The notes under the pieces: generated by a model
Seen by the model: only the letters and a program-made list of their open reading frames with translations
Told to the model about the DNA's origin: nothing
Database searches by the model: none
Translations under genes and position numbers: made by a program
Part shown: piece by piece, positions 19,205-28,648 of the stretch
How the letters are laid out: every line of letters begins with the position of its first letter
How positions within the stretch are numbered: the first letter of the stretch is position 1
Assembly (NCBI GenBank): GCA_964005815.1
Contig: CAXFSR010000043.1
Location: 164,697 to 228,696, forward strand
Source: an uncultured Nitrospinaceae bacterium
Lineage (GTDB): Bacteria > UBA8248
Length of the DNA: 64,000 bases
Direction: 5' to 3'

Positions 19205-19717
19205 TTAAAGTTTAGAATCATCACCTATTTTTTTTACCCAAAATTTATTTTCTGGGACAAATTCGAGTAATTCTCTTATCGTCTTTCCTAAAACTGGATG
19301 CAAAACATTTGGAGCGATCTCTGCCAAAGGTTCAAGAACAAAACGTCTTTGGTGCATTCTTGGATGGGGAATTTCTAATGATGAGGTTTCCAATATCGAT
19401 GATCCGAAAAGTAGAATGTCTAAATCAATAATTCGAGGAGAACCTTTCTTCAACCTAATTCTACCCATTTCTTTCTCTATTTCTAGAATAAGTTCTAAAA
19501 GTTGACGCGAAGAAGATATGCAAGAAAATTCCGCAACTGCGTTTAAAAATGCTGGTTGTGGTTCTACTCCAACGGGCTCAGTCTCGTAAAAAGAAGAAAG
19601 AGAACAAAAATGCAAGTATTTATTTCCCGACAAAAGTTCTATAGCTTTATTAATTTGAGACGAACGATCGTTAAGATTCGATCCCAAGCCGATAAAAACA
19701 GAAATTTCTTCTATCAA
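19205..19717 (-). CDS. folK: 2-amino-4-hydroxy-6-hydroxymethyldihydropteridine diphosphokinase
   Basis: IGLGSNL, FLNAV, PRIIDLDIL, IPHPRMHQRRFVLEPL. Confidence 0.96.
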   Translation of the reverse strand: MIEEISVFIGLGSNLNDRSSQINKAIELLSGNKYLHFCSLSSFYETEPVGVEPQPAFLNAVAEFSCISSSRQLLELILEIEKEMGRIRLKKGSPRIIDLDILLFGSSILETSSLEIPHPRMHQRRFVLEPLAEIAPNVLHPVLGKTIRELLEFVPENKFWVKKIGDDSKL

Positions 19718-20880
19718 AAACCTAGTTTCTTTATTCTATCGAATGCCTCTAAAAGCCTATCCTCCGGAACTGTTAGAGCCATACGAATATAACCTTCACC
19801 GTGCGGACCAAATCCAACTCCAGGGGTGGTTACAACACCTGTATTCTTAAGAATATGCGCAGTAAATTCTGTCGAAGTGTAACTTTCAGGACATTTAATC
19901 CACATATAAAAGGTAGCCTGAGGATTATTCACTTCAAGATTTAATTCTTTCAAAGCACCAAAAGCAACATCCCGTCTTTTTTCATAAACCGTACGCATTT
20001 CAGCAACACAAGATTGATCTGAAGTAATAGCTCTAATGCCAGCTTCTTGTATTCCCTGGAATGCACCTGAGTCGACATTTGTTTTTATAGAACCCAAACC
20101 TGCCAAAACGTCTGGATTTCCTACAGCACAAGCTATTCTCCAACCTGTCATATTGTATGTCTTAGAAAGTGAATGAAATTCTATCCCGACCTCTTTTGCT
20201 CCGTCAGCATTTAAAAAACTAAGTGGAGGCACACCATCAAAATACATTTCGGAATATGCATTATCACTACATACTATCACATCATAACTTTGTGCAAACT
20301 CTACCAATTTATTATAGAAATTCATATCTGCACATGCGGCAGTTGGATTATTCGGATAATTAACAAAAATTATCTTCGATGCTTTTGCAATATCACTAGG
20401 AATGTCCTCCAATTTAGGAAGAAATCCATTTCCTTCTAACAGTGGCATAAAATGTACTTTTCCATCCGCAAAATACGTAGCAACTTCATATACTGGATAG
20501 GCAGGGTCAGGAACAAGAACATAATCACCAGGGTTTACAAATGCTAAGGGAATATGAGCAATCCCTTCTTTGGAACCAATTAAAGTAAGGACTTCAGAAT
20601 TTGGATCTAGACCAACACCAAACCTATTCTCATACCATTCCCCACATGCTTCTCTAAAACTTTTCATTCCTATATAGGAAGGGTATTGATGATTTTCAAC
20701 TTTCCTAGATGCCACATCAAGTTCTTTAATAATATGTTCAGGAGTAGGCAGATCTGGATCACCTATTCCGAGACTTATAATATCTTTTCCATCATTAGCG
20801 GCCTCAGCTTTCATTCGATCTATTTCGGCAAAAAGGTAGGGTGGCAAATTACCAAGCCGATCAGCAAGTTTAATATCCAT
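19714..20880 (-). CDS. dapL: LL-diaminopimelate aminotransferase
   Basis: LPPYLFAEID, LGIGDPD, GSKEGIAH, NYPNNPT, HSLSKTYNMTGWR; dap gene context. Confidence 0.88.
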   Translation of the reverse strand: MDIKLADRLGNLPPYLFAEIDRMKAEAANDGKDIISLGIGDPDLPTPEHIIKELDVASRKVENHQYPSYIGMKSFREACGEWYENRFGVGLDPNSEVLTLIGSKEGIAHIPLAFVNPGDYVLVPDPAYPVYEVATYFADGKVHFMPLLEGNGFLPKLEDIPSDIAKASKIIFVNYPNNPTAACADMNFYNKLVEFAQSYDVIVCSDNAYSEMYFDGVPPLSFLNADGAKEVGIEFHSLSKTYNMTGWRIACAVGNPDVLAGLGSIKTNVDSGAFQGIQEAGIRAITSDQSCVAEMRTVYEKRRDVAFGALKELNLEVNNPQATFYMWIKCPESYTSTEFTAHILKNTGVVTTPGVGFGPHGEGYIRMALTVPEDRLLEAFDRIKKLGF

Positions 20881-20902
20881 TTAAAGAACAACCTCCTAAA
20901 AT

Positions 20903-20994
20903 AACTTGTTAAAATTAAGTTGATTGAAACACGATTATCATTCAAGTTGAGAAAAAGCTCAACAAACTTGTAATTTAAATTAACAAGTTGAGAA
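20903..20994. promoter_or_regulatory. Cluster of direct and inverted repeats in the divergent dapL / ferredoxin-fusion intergenic region
   Basis: CAAGTTGAGAA at 20943 and 20984; AACTTGT-N11-ACAAGTT 20965-20989; GTTGAG-N6-CTCAAC 20946-20963; AACTT-N9-AAGTT 20903-20921. Confidence 0.5.
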
Positions 20995-21105
20995 CAAGAA
21001 AGGAAAAACTAAATTTCAAAAATAGTATTGCTATTAGACAAAACTTAAGATATTAATATGTTGAGTCTTTAGTTTTGCACCGCCTAACCAAAGGATTTTG
21101 TTTAA

Positions 21106-22062
21106 ATGGTACATGTAATTGCAGAACCATGTGTGGATACGAAAGATACAGCCTGTGTAGATGTATGTCCCGTCGATTGCATACACGAAGCTGGAGACGG
21201 TTCAAGCAATCAACTATTTATAGACCCAGTAGAATGTATCGATTGTGCAGCTTGTGTTCCTGCCTGTCCTGTTGATGCTATATTCGCTGAAGGAGATCTT
21301 CCTGCAAAGTGGTCTAGTTTTACAAAGATTAACGCAGATTTTTTTACCGCGGCACCCGCTGCCGCCTCAACTACGGCGTCATCTTCTGCTGAATCCCCTA
21401 AAGCACCTGCCAAAGAACCCGAACCTGAATGGAAACCCGAACCTATAGATCTTTCAGAAGAAGATATGTACAAATCTATATCCGAAATGAGAGAAGATGT
21501 TGCAGTAAACAGAGGACTTTCTGTTCTTTATTCAAAGACCTCAATTCTTCGTTTCCCAATTATTACAATTGCTGCAGTGCTCCTTCTTTTCATTTATGGA
21601 TTATCCAATAATCTTTCCAAAAATTTCAACAAAACTGTATATGGGAAAATCTCTTCATTTGCACTCAATCAGACAAAACCTAAGATAGCAGAAAACACCT
21701 TTACTATTTTCAAAAAAATAAATGGAAAAACATACAAAGCTAAAGTTGTTGATTCTATTTTTGGAAATAGAAATCTCTCATTCATAATACCTTCGGGAGA
21801 ATTCAAGAGAGAGATATACCATGGTGGAGAAGCTTATTTTGGGAAGCTAACTAATCAAAACAGTCAGTTCTACTATATTTACACTGACGAAAAAAGTGAC
21901 GGAAAACTTGACTCCGTTTTACTTGTCAGAGAAATATGGTCTTCGAAAAATCGTTTTCTAGGAAGGTACCACAGACCCGTAAAACCAACTTCGGAACATC
22001 AGTTGTCATATAAAAAGGCTGCGAAATTATTCGCTAAAGAGATAGGTCTTACGGAAAGTTAG
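21106..22062 (+). CDS. 7Fe (FdxA-type) ferredoxin fused to Ala/Pro/Glu linker, TM helix and unknown C-terminal domain
   Basis: IAEPCVDTKDTACVDVCPVDCI...IDPVECIDCAACVPACPVDAI in residues 1-80; TM FPIITIAAVLLLFIYGL; single open frame. Confidence 0.85.
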   Translation: MVHVIAEPCVDTKDTACVDVCPVDCIHEAGDGSSNQLFIDPVECIDCAACVPACPVDAIFAEGDLPAKWSSFTKINADFFTAAPAAASTTASSSAESPKAPAKEPEPEWKPEPIDLSEEDMYKSISEMREDVAVNRGLSVLYSKTSILRFPIITIAAVLLLFIYGLSNNLSKNFNKTVYGKISSFALNQTKPKIAENTFTIFKKINGKTYKAKVVDSIFGNRNLSFIIPSGEFKREIYHGGEAYFGKLTNQNSQFYYIYTDEKSDGKLDSVLLVREIWSSKNRFLGRYHRPVKPTSEHQLSYKKAAKLFAKEIGLTES

Positions 22063-22574
22063 AAATCTACCTTATCTGCTTCATCAGTCTCAGGAAATGG
22101 TCCCTCTTTTATTTCAATAGCTTTTGTGTTTTCTTCTAGAAATTCTATGCTATGTCCCTCGTACATAAGTATCAAGTCCCCAGGACTTAATATAGTATCA
22201 CCAGCATAATCTCCCTCTTTAGAATAAACACCTATCTTGATGGAACCTCTTCGACAAAACATTATCTGATGACGGGTGTCATTCTTTGGACGTTCTGTAA
22301 CTAAATGATAATGAGGGTGTACGATAGAACCTGGACTTCGATTAAGCAGAACTATTTGCAAAGGCAATTCATCACTCGTAACATGAGCTTTTGTCTTTCT
22401 TTCAGATTCAAAATCTTGACCTGAATATGCTTTTGCTAGATGTTCTTTTTCAGAACCACTTTTTAGGAATGGTGGAAATTTTTCATAATCGTTGAAATCA
22501 TCACGTATAACCATAGCCAAAACCCTACCCGATTCTGACTTTATATACTCAACACTGTCTCTACTTTTCTCCAT
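22059..22574 (-). CDS. Cupin-fold hypothetical protein
   Basis: HPHYH...QIMFCRRG...GDLILMYEGHSIEF..EIKEGPF. Confidence 0.65.
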   Translation of the reverse strand: MEKSRDSVEYIKSESGRVLAMVIRDDFNDYEKFPPFLKSGSEKEHLAKAYSGQDFESERKTKAHVTSDELPLQIVLLNRSPGSIVHPHYHLVTERPKNDTRHQIMFCRRGSIKIGVYSKEGDYAGDTILSPGDLILMYEGHSIEFLEENTKAIEIKEGPFPETDEADKVDF

Positions 22575-22599
22575 TTTATTCTCATTTCACAGAAATGTT

Positions 22600-23403
22600 C
22601 TAACCTTTAATTCCGAGGACTTCGTTCATTCCGTATAATCCTGGAGTTTGATCCACTACCCAATCTGCGGCTCTTACTGCCCCTGCAGCAAAATTATCTC
22701 GATTCCCAGCTTTGTGAGTTATTTCTATTCTTTCGCCAGAACCAAAGAAAAATGCGGTATGTTCTCCTGGCACATCACCTCCCCTTAAAGTTTGGATGCC
22801 AATTGATCCAGGCACCCGTTTCCCTACAATGCCTTCTCTATGAAAAACAATGTCTTTCGGATAAGTCTTCCCAATAGTATTAGATAAAATTTCTCCCATT
22901 CTCACTGCTGTTCCAGAAGGAGAATCAACCTTCTGATCATGATGAATTTCCATTAATTCAATATCATAATTACTACCGAGAAGTAATGCTGCATCCTTGA
23001 TAAGTCTAAAAAGAACATTCACCCCAACACTCATATTAGGAGCAAAAACACAAGGAACTTTTTTTGCAATTTGACCAATTTCTTCTCGTTGCAAATCATT
23101 CAGACCTGTCGTTCCAATTACCAAAGCCAATCCTTTCTCAGAGGCAATTTTTGAGTGTTCTAACGTTGCTTCAGGTGTAGCAAATGAAATCAAGACATCC
23201 CCATTCATACTCTCGGGATCTGTATTGAATAAAACTTTAAGTTCTCCAACTCCTGCAAAAACACCAACATCGGAGCCAAGACTAGAAAATCCAGGATGTT
23301 CTAATCCACCCGAGAGAGTTAAATTTTCACTTTTAACAACTTGAGAAACAATACTCTGCCCCATCCTGCCACCTGCACCAGAAATCACAACTCTTTTAGA
23401 CAC
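22600..23403 (-). CDS. dapB: 4-hydroxy-tetrahydrodipicolinate reductase
   Basis: GAGGRMG, VIGTTG, APNMSVGVN, EIHHDQKVDSPSGTA. Confidence 0.96.
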   Translation of the reverse strand: MSKRVVISGAGGRMGQSIVSQVVKSENLTLSGGLEHPGFSSLGSDVGVFAGVGELKVLFNTDPESMNGDVLISFATPEATLEHSKIASEKGLALVIGTTGLNDLQREEIGQIAKKVPCVFAPNMSVGVNVLFRLIKDAALLLGSNYDIELMEIHHDQKVDSPSGTAVRMGEILSNTIGKTYPKDIVFHREGIVGKRVPGSIGIQTLRGGDVPGEHTAFFFGSGERIEITHKAGNRDNFAAGAVRAADWVVDQTPGLYGMNEVLGIKG

Positions 23404-23432
23404 ATCAAAATCCTCATGAATACAAGATTAAT

Positions 23433-24077
23433 TTAATTATTGTTCCAAATATTCTTAAACACTACGTCTTTCAAAGGGTTCCTTTTTGCAGGTTTAAACT
23501 TTTTTCCAATTGTATGGGCAACTGGAATAAAAGCAACTGGAATAAAGTCTTTAGGAATTTCTAAAAGTTCCTTTATTGGTTCTTCTAAATGTGGAGTAGT
23601 ATATACAGAGCCTAGCTCACGCGAACGAAGAGCCAACTGAAAACTCCATATTGCTGGAATGATAGAACCGTACAAAGCGGAGGAAAGAGTGCTTTTCATA
23701 TTGGCAGGCACTTTAACTTCTATACATGGCACAACTAATACAGGAACTCTTTCAAAATTCTCCGCAAGATAAATTGCCGAATCAAAAACACGTTCATTTT
23801 GCGTTTCTCCTTGATCTGACGCATTCATTTTTCCTGATTCTAAATAATGGCTGTTTCCCATCCTATAAATATCGGCTAATTTTTTTTTTACTTCTTGTTC
23901 AGTCACAACTATCCATCTCCATCCTTGTTTGTTGGAACCAGTAGGAGCCTGAATAGCAAGTTCCAAGCAGTCATATATCACTTTCAAATCGACTTTTTTT
24001 TCAAAATCAAGTCGTTTCCTAACAGCTCTGGTCGTTGACAATAATTTATCAGTCTCAGCCAAATTAAATTCATTCAT
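23433..24077 (-). CDS. Nitroreductase family protein
   Basis: TTRAVRKRLD, AIQAPTGSNKQGWRWIVV, LALRSRELGS. Confidence 0.88.
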   Translation of the reverse strand: MNEFNLAETDKLLSTTRAVRKRLDFEKKVDLKVIYDCLELAIQAPTGSNKQGWRWIVVTEQEVKKKLADIYRMGNSHYLESGKMNASDQGETQNERVFDSAIYLAENFERVPVLVVPCIEVKVPANMKSTLSSALYGSIIPAIWSFQLALRSRELGSVYTTPHLEEPIKELLEIPKDFIPVAFIPVAHTIGKKFKPAKRNPLKDVVFKNIWNNN

Positions 24078-24103
24078 TTCAAAAACCTTTGTATTCAGGG
24101 CAT

Positions 24104-24931
24104 CTATGCAAACGCATCTGTCCTAATTTCACCTGTATATACCAATCGAGTATCACCTTCCATATAGACATCACTTGTATTTTCGGGATTTCCATTGAAG
24201 TGAATCACCAGAGACTCTCCACTTCGAACCTTAACATTTACAGGTGATTCAACAAGATTTCGTGCAGCAGCCATAAGCGAAGATGCTACAGCACCAGTAC
24301 CACAAGCTAGAGTCTCATCCTCAACTCCTCTTTCGTAAGTTCTTATTTCAAGGTTATTCTTATCAATAACTCTCACAAAATTAACATTAGTTCCATCTGG
24401 TTTGTATACAGTATGATTCCGAATCTCTCTTCCATCATTTAAAACATCTACAGAATCAAGATCTTTTGTATATAGAATCGCATGTGGAACACCAGTATTA
24501 ATACTATCTAATAATACTTCCTGATCTCCTAAAACAATCTTCGTTGTTTGTGTAAAACTATGCGGTTTTGTCATCCTTACCTTCACACGATTTCCATCAA
24601 TTGAAGCATCTAAAACTCCCGCAATAGTCTCAAAAGATCCTTCTTCCGAAATCAAACCTATTTCTTTAGCAAAACGTATTGCACAGCGTCCCCCATTTCC
24701 ACACATTTCACCCTCACTACCATCGGAATTAAAAAAACGCCACTTAAAGTCTGCTTTGTCACTAGTTTGAATAAACATAAGACCGTCTGCACCTACAGAC
24801 AAGCCTCTTCTGCAAACTAATTTTACAAAATTAGACATTGATTCTTCTTTAAATTCATTTCTAAAGTTTTCGATAAAGATAAAATCATTTCCACTTCCAC
24901 TTAATTTCATAAACTTTATATTTTCTGTCAT
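24104..24931 (-). CDS. dapF: Diaminopimelate epimerase
   Basis: GSGNDF, EMCGNGGRC, TGVPH, ERGVEDETLACGTGA. Confidence 0.97.
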   Translation of the reverse strand: MTENIKFMKLSGSGNDFIFIENFRNEFKEESMSNFVKLVCRRGLSVGADGLMFIQTSDKADFKWRFFNSDGSEGEMCGNGGRCAIRFAKEIGLISEEGSFETIAGVLDASIDGNRVKVRMTKPHSFTQTTKIVLGDQEVLLDSINTGVPHAILYTKDLDSVDVLNDGREIRNHTVYKPDGTNVNFVRVIDKNNLEIRTYERGVEDETLACGTGAVASSLMAAARNLVESPVNVKVRSGESLVIHFNGNPENTSDVYMEGDTRLVYTGEIRTDAFA

Positions 24932-24935
24932 TTTC

Positions 24936-26210
24936 TTATTCCTTAGACATTAGAAATGCAGGTATCTTCTCGCCTTTTACCAAATCTTCGTATGACTCCC
25001 TAGTTCTAATTAAAAAAGACTCTTTTTCTTTTACCAACACTTCAGGTGGCCTAGGACGAGAATTATAATTTGAAGCCATAGTGAATCCATATGCGCCAGA
25101 ACTCATAACGGCAACTAAATCATTTCTTGATAATTCTGGCATTTCTCTGTCTTTTGCAAGATAGTCTCCACTCTCACATATTGGACCTACTAAATCAGAC
25201 GTAAATGTTGACGTTTTCAAAAGTTCTTCCTGCACTGGCAAAACTTCCTGAAATGCCTCGTATAAACTCGGACGAATTAAATCATTCATTCCAGCATCTA
25301 CTATTACAAAGCGCTTTTCTGGATTCTCTTTTCTATAGAGAACTTTAGTTACCAAAACACCAGCATTACCAGAAATAAATCTACCGGGTTCAAAAATAAT
25401 TTTGCAATTCAAATCTTTTATTAAGGGCACTATAGCTTTAGCATAATCCTCTGGATGAGGAGGAACTTCATCTTTATAAGAAATACCCAAACCACCACCA
25501 AGATTTAGAAAACGAATTTCATGACCATCACCTCGCAAAGAAGTGACAAGTTCTACTACCTTTTCAACTGCATCAGCAAAAGGAGACGTAGTTGTTATTT
25601 GACTTCCTATATGACAATGCACCCCGGAAAGTTCTAAAGAATTAAAATTTGCAGCCCTTGCATATTCATCTCTAGCTTTTGCTATATCTATTCCGAATTT
25701 GCTTTTTTTCAAACCTGTGGATATATAAGGATGAGTTTTCGGATCTACGTTTGGATTGACGCGTAAAGCCACTCGAGCAACTTTGTTATTCTTCTCAGCG
25801 ACTTTATTGATATTAAACATCTCTTCTTCACTTTCCACATTAAACATTAATACATCTTTACTCAAAGCATACTCAATTTCTTCATCCGACTTGCCCACAC
25901 CCGCAAACACAATTCTTTCCCCTGGGACACCTGCTTTAACTGCCCTGTATAGCTCTCCACCTGAAACTATATCCAATCCCCCTCCCATTTCGGAAAACAA
26001 GCGCAGGATTGCAATATTTGAATTGCTCTTCATAGCAAAACAAACCAAATGAGGAATCGAGGCAAAAGCGTTACTGAAACTACTGAATTGCCTTGTAAGT
26101 GCAGCATGACTGTAAATATATAAAGGGGTCCCATACTCTTCAGCAAGCCCATTAATGGAAATCTGCTCAGCACATAATTCCCCTCTAACATAACTAAAAT
26201 CTTCATTCAT
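24936..26210 (-). CDS. lysA: Diaminopimelate decarboxylase
   Basis: FAMKSN, HCHIGSQI, EPGR, GPICESGD, GAYG..MASNYNSRP. Confidence 0.97.
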   Translation of the reverse strand: MNEDFSYVRGELCAEQISINGLAEEYGTPLYIYSHAALTRQFSSFSNAFASIPHLVCFAMKSNSNIAILRLFSEMGGGLDIVSGGELYRAVKAGVPGERIVFAGVGKSDEEIEYALSKDVLMFNVESEEEMFNINKVAEKNNKVARVALRVNPNVDPKTHPYISTGLKKSKFGIDIAKARDEYARAANFNSLELSGVHCHIGSQITTTSPFADAVEKVVELVTSLRGDGHEIRFLNLGGGLGISYKDEVPPHPEDYAKAIVPLIKDLNCKIIFEPGRFISGNAGVLVTKVLYRKENPEKRFVIVDAGMNDLIRPSLYEAFQEVLPVQEELLKTSTFTSDLVGPICESGDYLAKDREMPELSRNDLVAVMSSGAYGFTMASNYNSRPRPPEVLVKEKESFLIRTRESYEDLVKGEKIPAFLMSKE

Positions 26211-26217
26211 TGATTAC

Positions 26218-26352
26218 TTATCTCCTCGATGAAATATTCTTCAATTTATTTTCTAGTGGAGCTTTAGGAGGACCTTTCACTCCACAACTAATAAACGTCG
26301 CAAAAATAAAAATTATTAGAGAAATCGAAATCAAAAAAGAAATCTTACTCAA
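26218..26352 (-). CDS. Small lipoprotein, LptM (YifL/LppL)-like, 44 aa
   Basis: Hand translation MSKISFLISISLIIFIFATFISCGVKGPPKAPLENKLKNISSRR*; lipobox Cys followed by GxKGP; TTG overlaps the argH TGA with GGAGG upstream; lies between argH and lysA. Confidence 0.8.
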   Translation of the reverse strand: MSKISFLISISLIIFIFATFISCGVKGPPKAPLENKLKNISSRR

Positions 26353-27776
26353 AGAATGCCTCCAAGTTTTTTCTTTTCTATTCTTATTTGCCTCTTCACA
26401 CTTCCCAAAGAAGAACCTCCTTTGCTATTTCTATGTGCAATGGATCTCTCGACAGAGGCCTCTTTCAAATCCGAACTTCTCATGTGGGGCACAAAATCTT
26501 TCAAATCTTCAAGCAATAATTCATCAAACGGAATTTCATTTTCTATGGCATACAAAACAATCTTACCGGCTGATTCATGAGCCTCTCTAAAAGGAATTCC
26601 TCTCCTAACCATTGCATCTGCAATATCAGTAGCAGTCATATAACTCTCATTTACTGCATTTGACATTCTTTCTTTGTTAAAGGTCAACGATTCTAGTAAT
26701 AAATACATTACGGTCAAAGAAGAATGCAAAGTATCTGAAGCATCAAAGATTTGCTCTTTATCCTCTTGCATATCTCTATTATATGCGAGTGGCAGACCTT
26801 TCATCATTGTTAACAAAGAAACAAGGTTTCCGTATGTTCTTGCACTTTTTCCTCTTACGAGTTCAGCAACGTCCGGATTCTTCTTTTGAGGCATCAAAGA
26901 ACTGCCAGTAGCAAAAGCATCAGGCAAGTTAATAAAATTAAATTCTTCACTAGCCCAAATTACAATCTCTTCTCCTAAACGACTAAGATGCATCATTGCA
27001 ATCGATGCAGCTGAAGCGAAATCAATCACAAAATCACGATCACTCACTGCATCTATACTATTTAGAGAAACAGAATCAAAATTTAATTTTTTAGAAACTA
27101 ACTCTCTATCTATAGGATGACTAGTTCCAGCTAATGCTCCAGAACCCAGAGGAAGGATATTTACTCTCTTCCTCACCTCACAAAATCTCTCATAATCCCT
27201 ACTGAACATTTGTGTATATGCCATCAAATGATGAGACAGAAAAACAGGTTGCGCTCTTTGCAAATGCGTATATCCAGGAATCAAAACTTCAATATTTTTT
27301 TCAGCTTGTGACAAAAGACAAACACGCATTTCCATTATAACACCAAGAATCTCATCAATCTGCTTTCTTAGCCATAACCTTAAAGATGTAGCAACCTGAT
27401 CATTTCTACTCCTAGCCGTGTGCAGTTTTCCCCCTACTGGACCAATTCTATTAATAAGTTCGGCCTCAATATTCATATGAACATCTTCAAGTCTAGGATC
27501 AAAGAAAAATTTATCCGACACAATGTCCAACAAAATTGAACTTAATCCTTTAACAATTTTTTTAGAGTCATTTAGAGAAATAATCTTTTTTTCTCCCAAC
27601 ATCTCTGCATGTGCGATAGAACCTTCTATATCAAACTCCGCTAACCTATGGTCAAAGGACACACTTTCCGTAAAACCCTCAACAAAGGAATTAACTGAAC
27701 TAGAAAATCTACCTCCCCAAGGTTTTCTAACATTTTTCTTAGCCGAGCCTGCATGTTTATTTTTTTTCATGCACAA
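26349..27776 (-). CDS. argH: Argininosuccinate lyase
   Basis: WGGRF, HTARSRNDQ, GYTHLQRAQP, GSSLMPQKKNPD. Confidence 0.97.
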   Translation of the reverse strand: MCMKKNKHAGSAKKNVRKPWGGRFSSSVNSFVEGFTESVSFDHRLAEFDIEGSIAHAEMLGEKKIISLNDSKKIVKGLSSILLDIVSDKFFFDPRLEDVHMNIEAELINRIGPVGGKLHTARSRNDQVATSLRLWLRKQIDEILGVIMEMRVCLLSQAEKNIEVLIPGYTHLQRAQPVFLSHHLMAYTQMFSRDYERFCEVRKRVNILPLGSGALAGTSHPIDRELVSKKLNFDSVSLNSIDAVSDRDFVIDFASAASIAMMHLSRLGEEIVIWASEEFNFINLPDAFATGSSLMPQKKNPDVAELVRGKSARTYGNLVSLLTMMKGLPLAYNRDMQEDKEQIFDASDTLHSSLTVMYLLLESLTFNKERMSNAVNESYMTATDIADAMVRRGIPFREAHESAGKIVLYAIENEIPFDELLLEDLKDFVPHMRSSDLKEASVERSIAHRNSKGGSSLGSVKRQIRIEKKKLGGIL

Positions 27777-27928
27777 AATCCTATAAAACTGAATAGATTA
27801 GAAAAAACAGAACAAAAACAATAAAAAATTACATTAATTTTTAGAATAATGTAAACAGGATGAATCTTGCACTTAATTATTAACAAATTCAATCCGAAAG
27901 AGACATAATTTTTATTCAACTTTTGGTC

Positions 27929-27957
27929 TTGACACTTAACAATCGTATTGTTAGTTT
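27929..27957 (+). promoter_or_regulatory. Sigma70-like promoter of the F0 operon with embedded 7-3-7 inverted repeat
   Basis: TTGACA-N17-TAGTTT; TAACAAT-CGT-ATTGTTA at 27937-27953. Confidence 0.6.
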
Positions 27958-28045
27958 TTCCATCGTTAGAGTAATTTTAGAATTTCGCCCTTTTTCAGTA
28001 GTTTTTTTAAATTTAGCCCTATCAGATCAGTTTAAAGAGAATAAA

Positions 28046-28234
28046 TTGAAAAGTAGCTTCAAACAATTAAGAGCTGCTTCCTTGGGCTGGAATTTTGTTA
28101 CTGCTCCTCTAGTAGGAGGGGCTATGGGTTATGGCTTGGATTACTTATTTTCAACCTACCCTTGGATTATGGTTGTGGGTCTAGTATTAGGTTTTGTATC
28201 TGCTTTTCGGGAAATACTTAGGAGTGGAAAATAA
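28046..28234 (+). CDS. atpZ: AtpZ / ATP synthase gene-1 family small membrane protein
   Basis: LVGGAMGYGLDYLFSTYPWIMVVGLVLGFVSAF; start moved to in-frame TTG 28046 downstream of the promoter. Confidence 0.8.
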   Translation: MKSSFKQLRAASLGWNFVTAPLVGGAMGYGLDYLFSTYPWIMVVGLVLGFVSAFREILRSGK

Positions 28235-28642
28235 TTGACTGAATTAACTGAATCAAATTCAGATTCAAAGCAAACCGTACAAAAAATTTCATTTTTTTGT
28301 ATCATCCTCTTGTCTTTAATTTCATTGATGACACTTTTTCTTTTCACTTTAAAAGACTTTGTTGCTGTTTTCGTTTTTGGTCTTCTATCATTATTAAATC
28401 TAAAATGTATGGATATATATTTTTTACGTTTAACTGGGAATAAGGCAAATCAAAAAAAAATAACCATACATTTTCTCTACACTTTAAGATTTCTCACTCT
28501 TCTTACTTGCATATGGATTGGAGTGAGTTTCATTGAACTTTCAGTTATTTTTATTGTTTCAGGATTATCTATACCAATCGTTTCATTTTTTATCTTCGGA
28601 ATTACGGAAACATTTAAATCTAGAAATTTCAGAAAGGCTTAA
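28235..28642 (+). CDS. atpI: ATP synthase I-like four-TM protein
   Basis: Four hydrophobic segments; position between atpZ and atpB. Confidence 0.65.
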   Translation: MTELTESNSDSKQTVQKISFFCIILLSLISLMTLFLFTLKDFVAVFVFGLLSLLNLKCMDIYFLRLTGNKANQKKITIHFLYTLRFLTLLTCIWIGVSFIELSVIFIVSGLSIPIVSFFIFGITETFKSRNFRKA

Positions 28643-28648
28643 TTAATA

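Noticed and set aside
20927..20945. Fur box
   Set aside because: Only the 10-nt core matches (about 12 of 19 positions) in AT-rich DNA; not called as a feature
26210..26590. 126-aa plus-strand ORF
   Set aside because: Antisense to the argH 3' end and the LptM-like lipoprotein, which explain the region better
27923..28045. N-terminal extension of the atpZ ORF
   Set aside because: Overlaps the predicted promoter; the family-like sequence begins at TTG 28046
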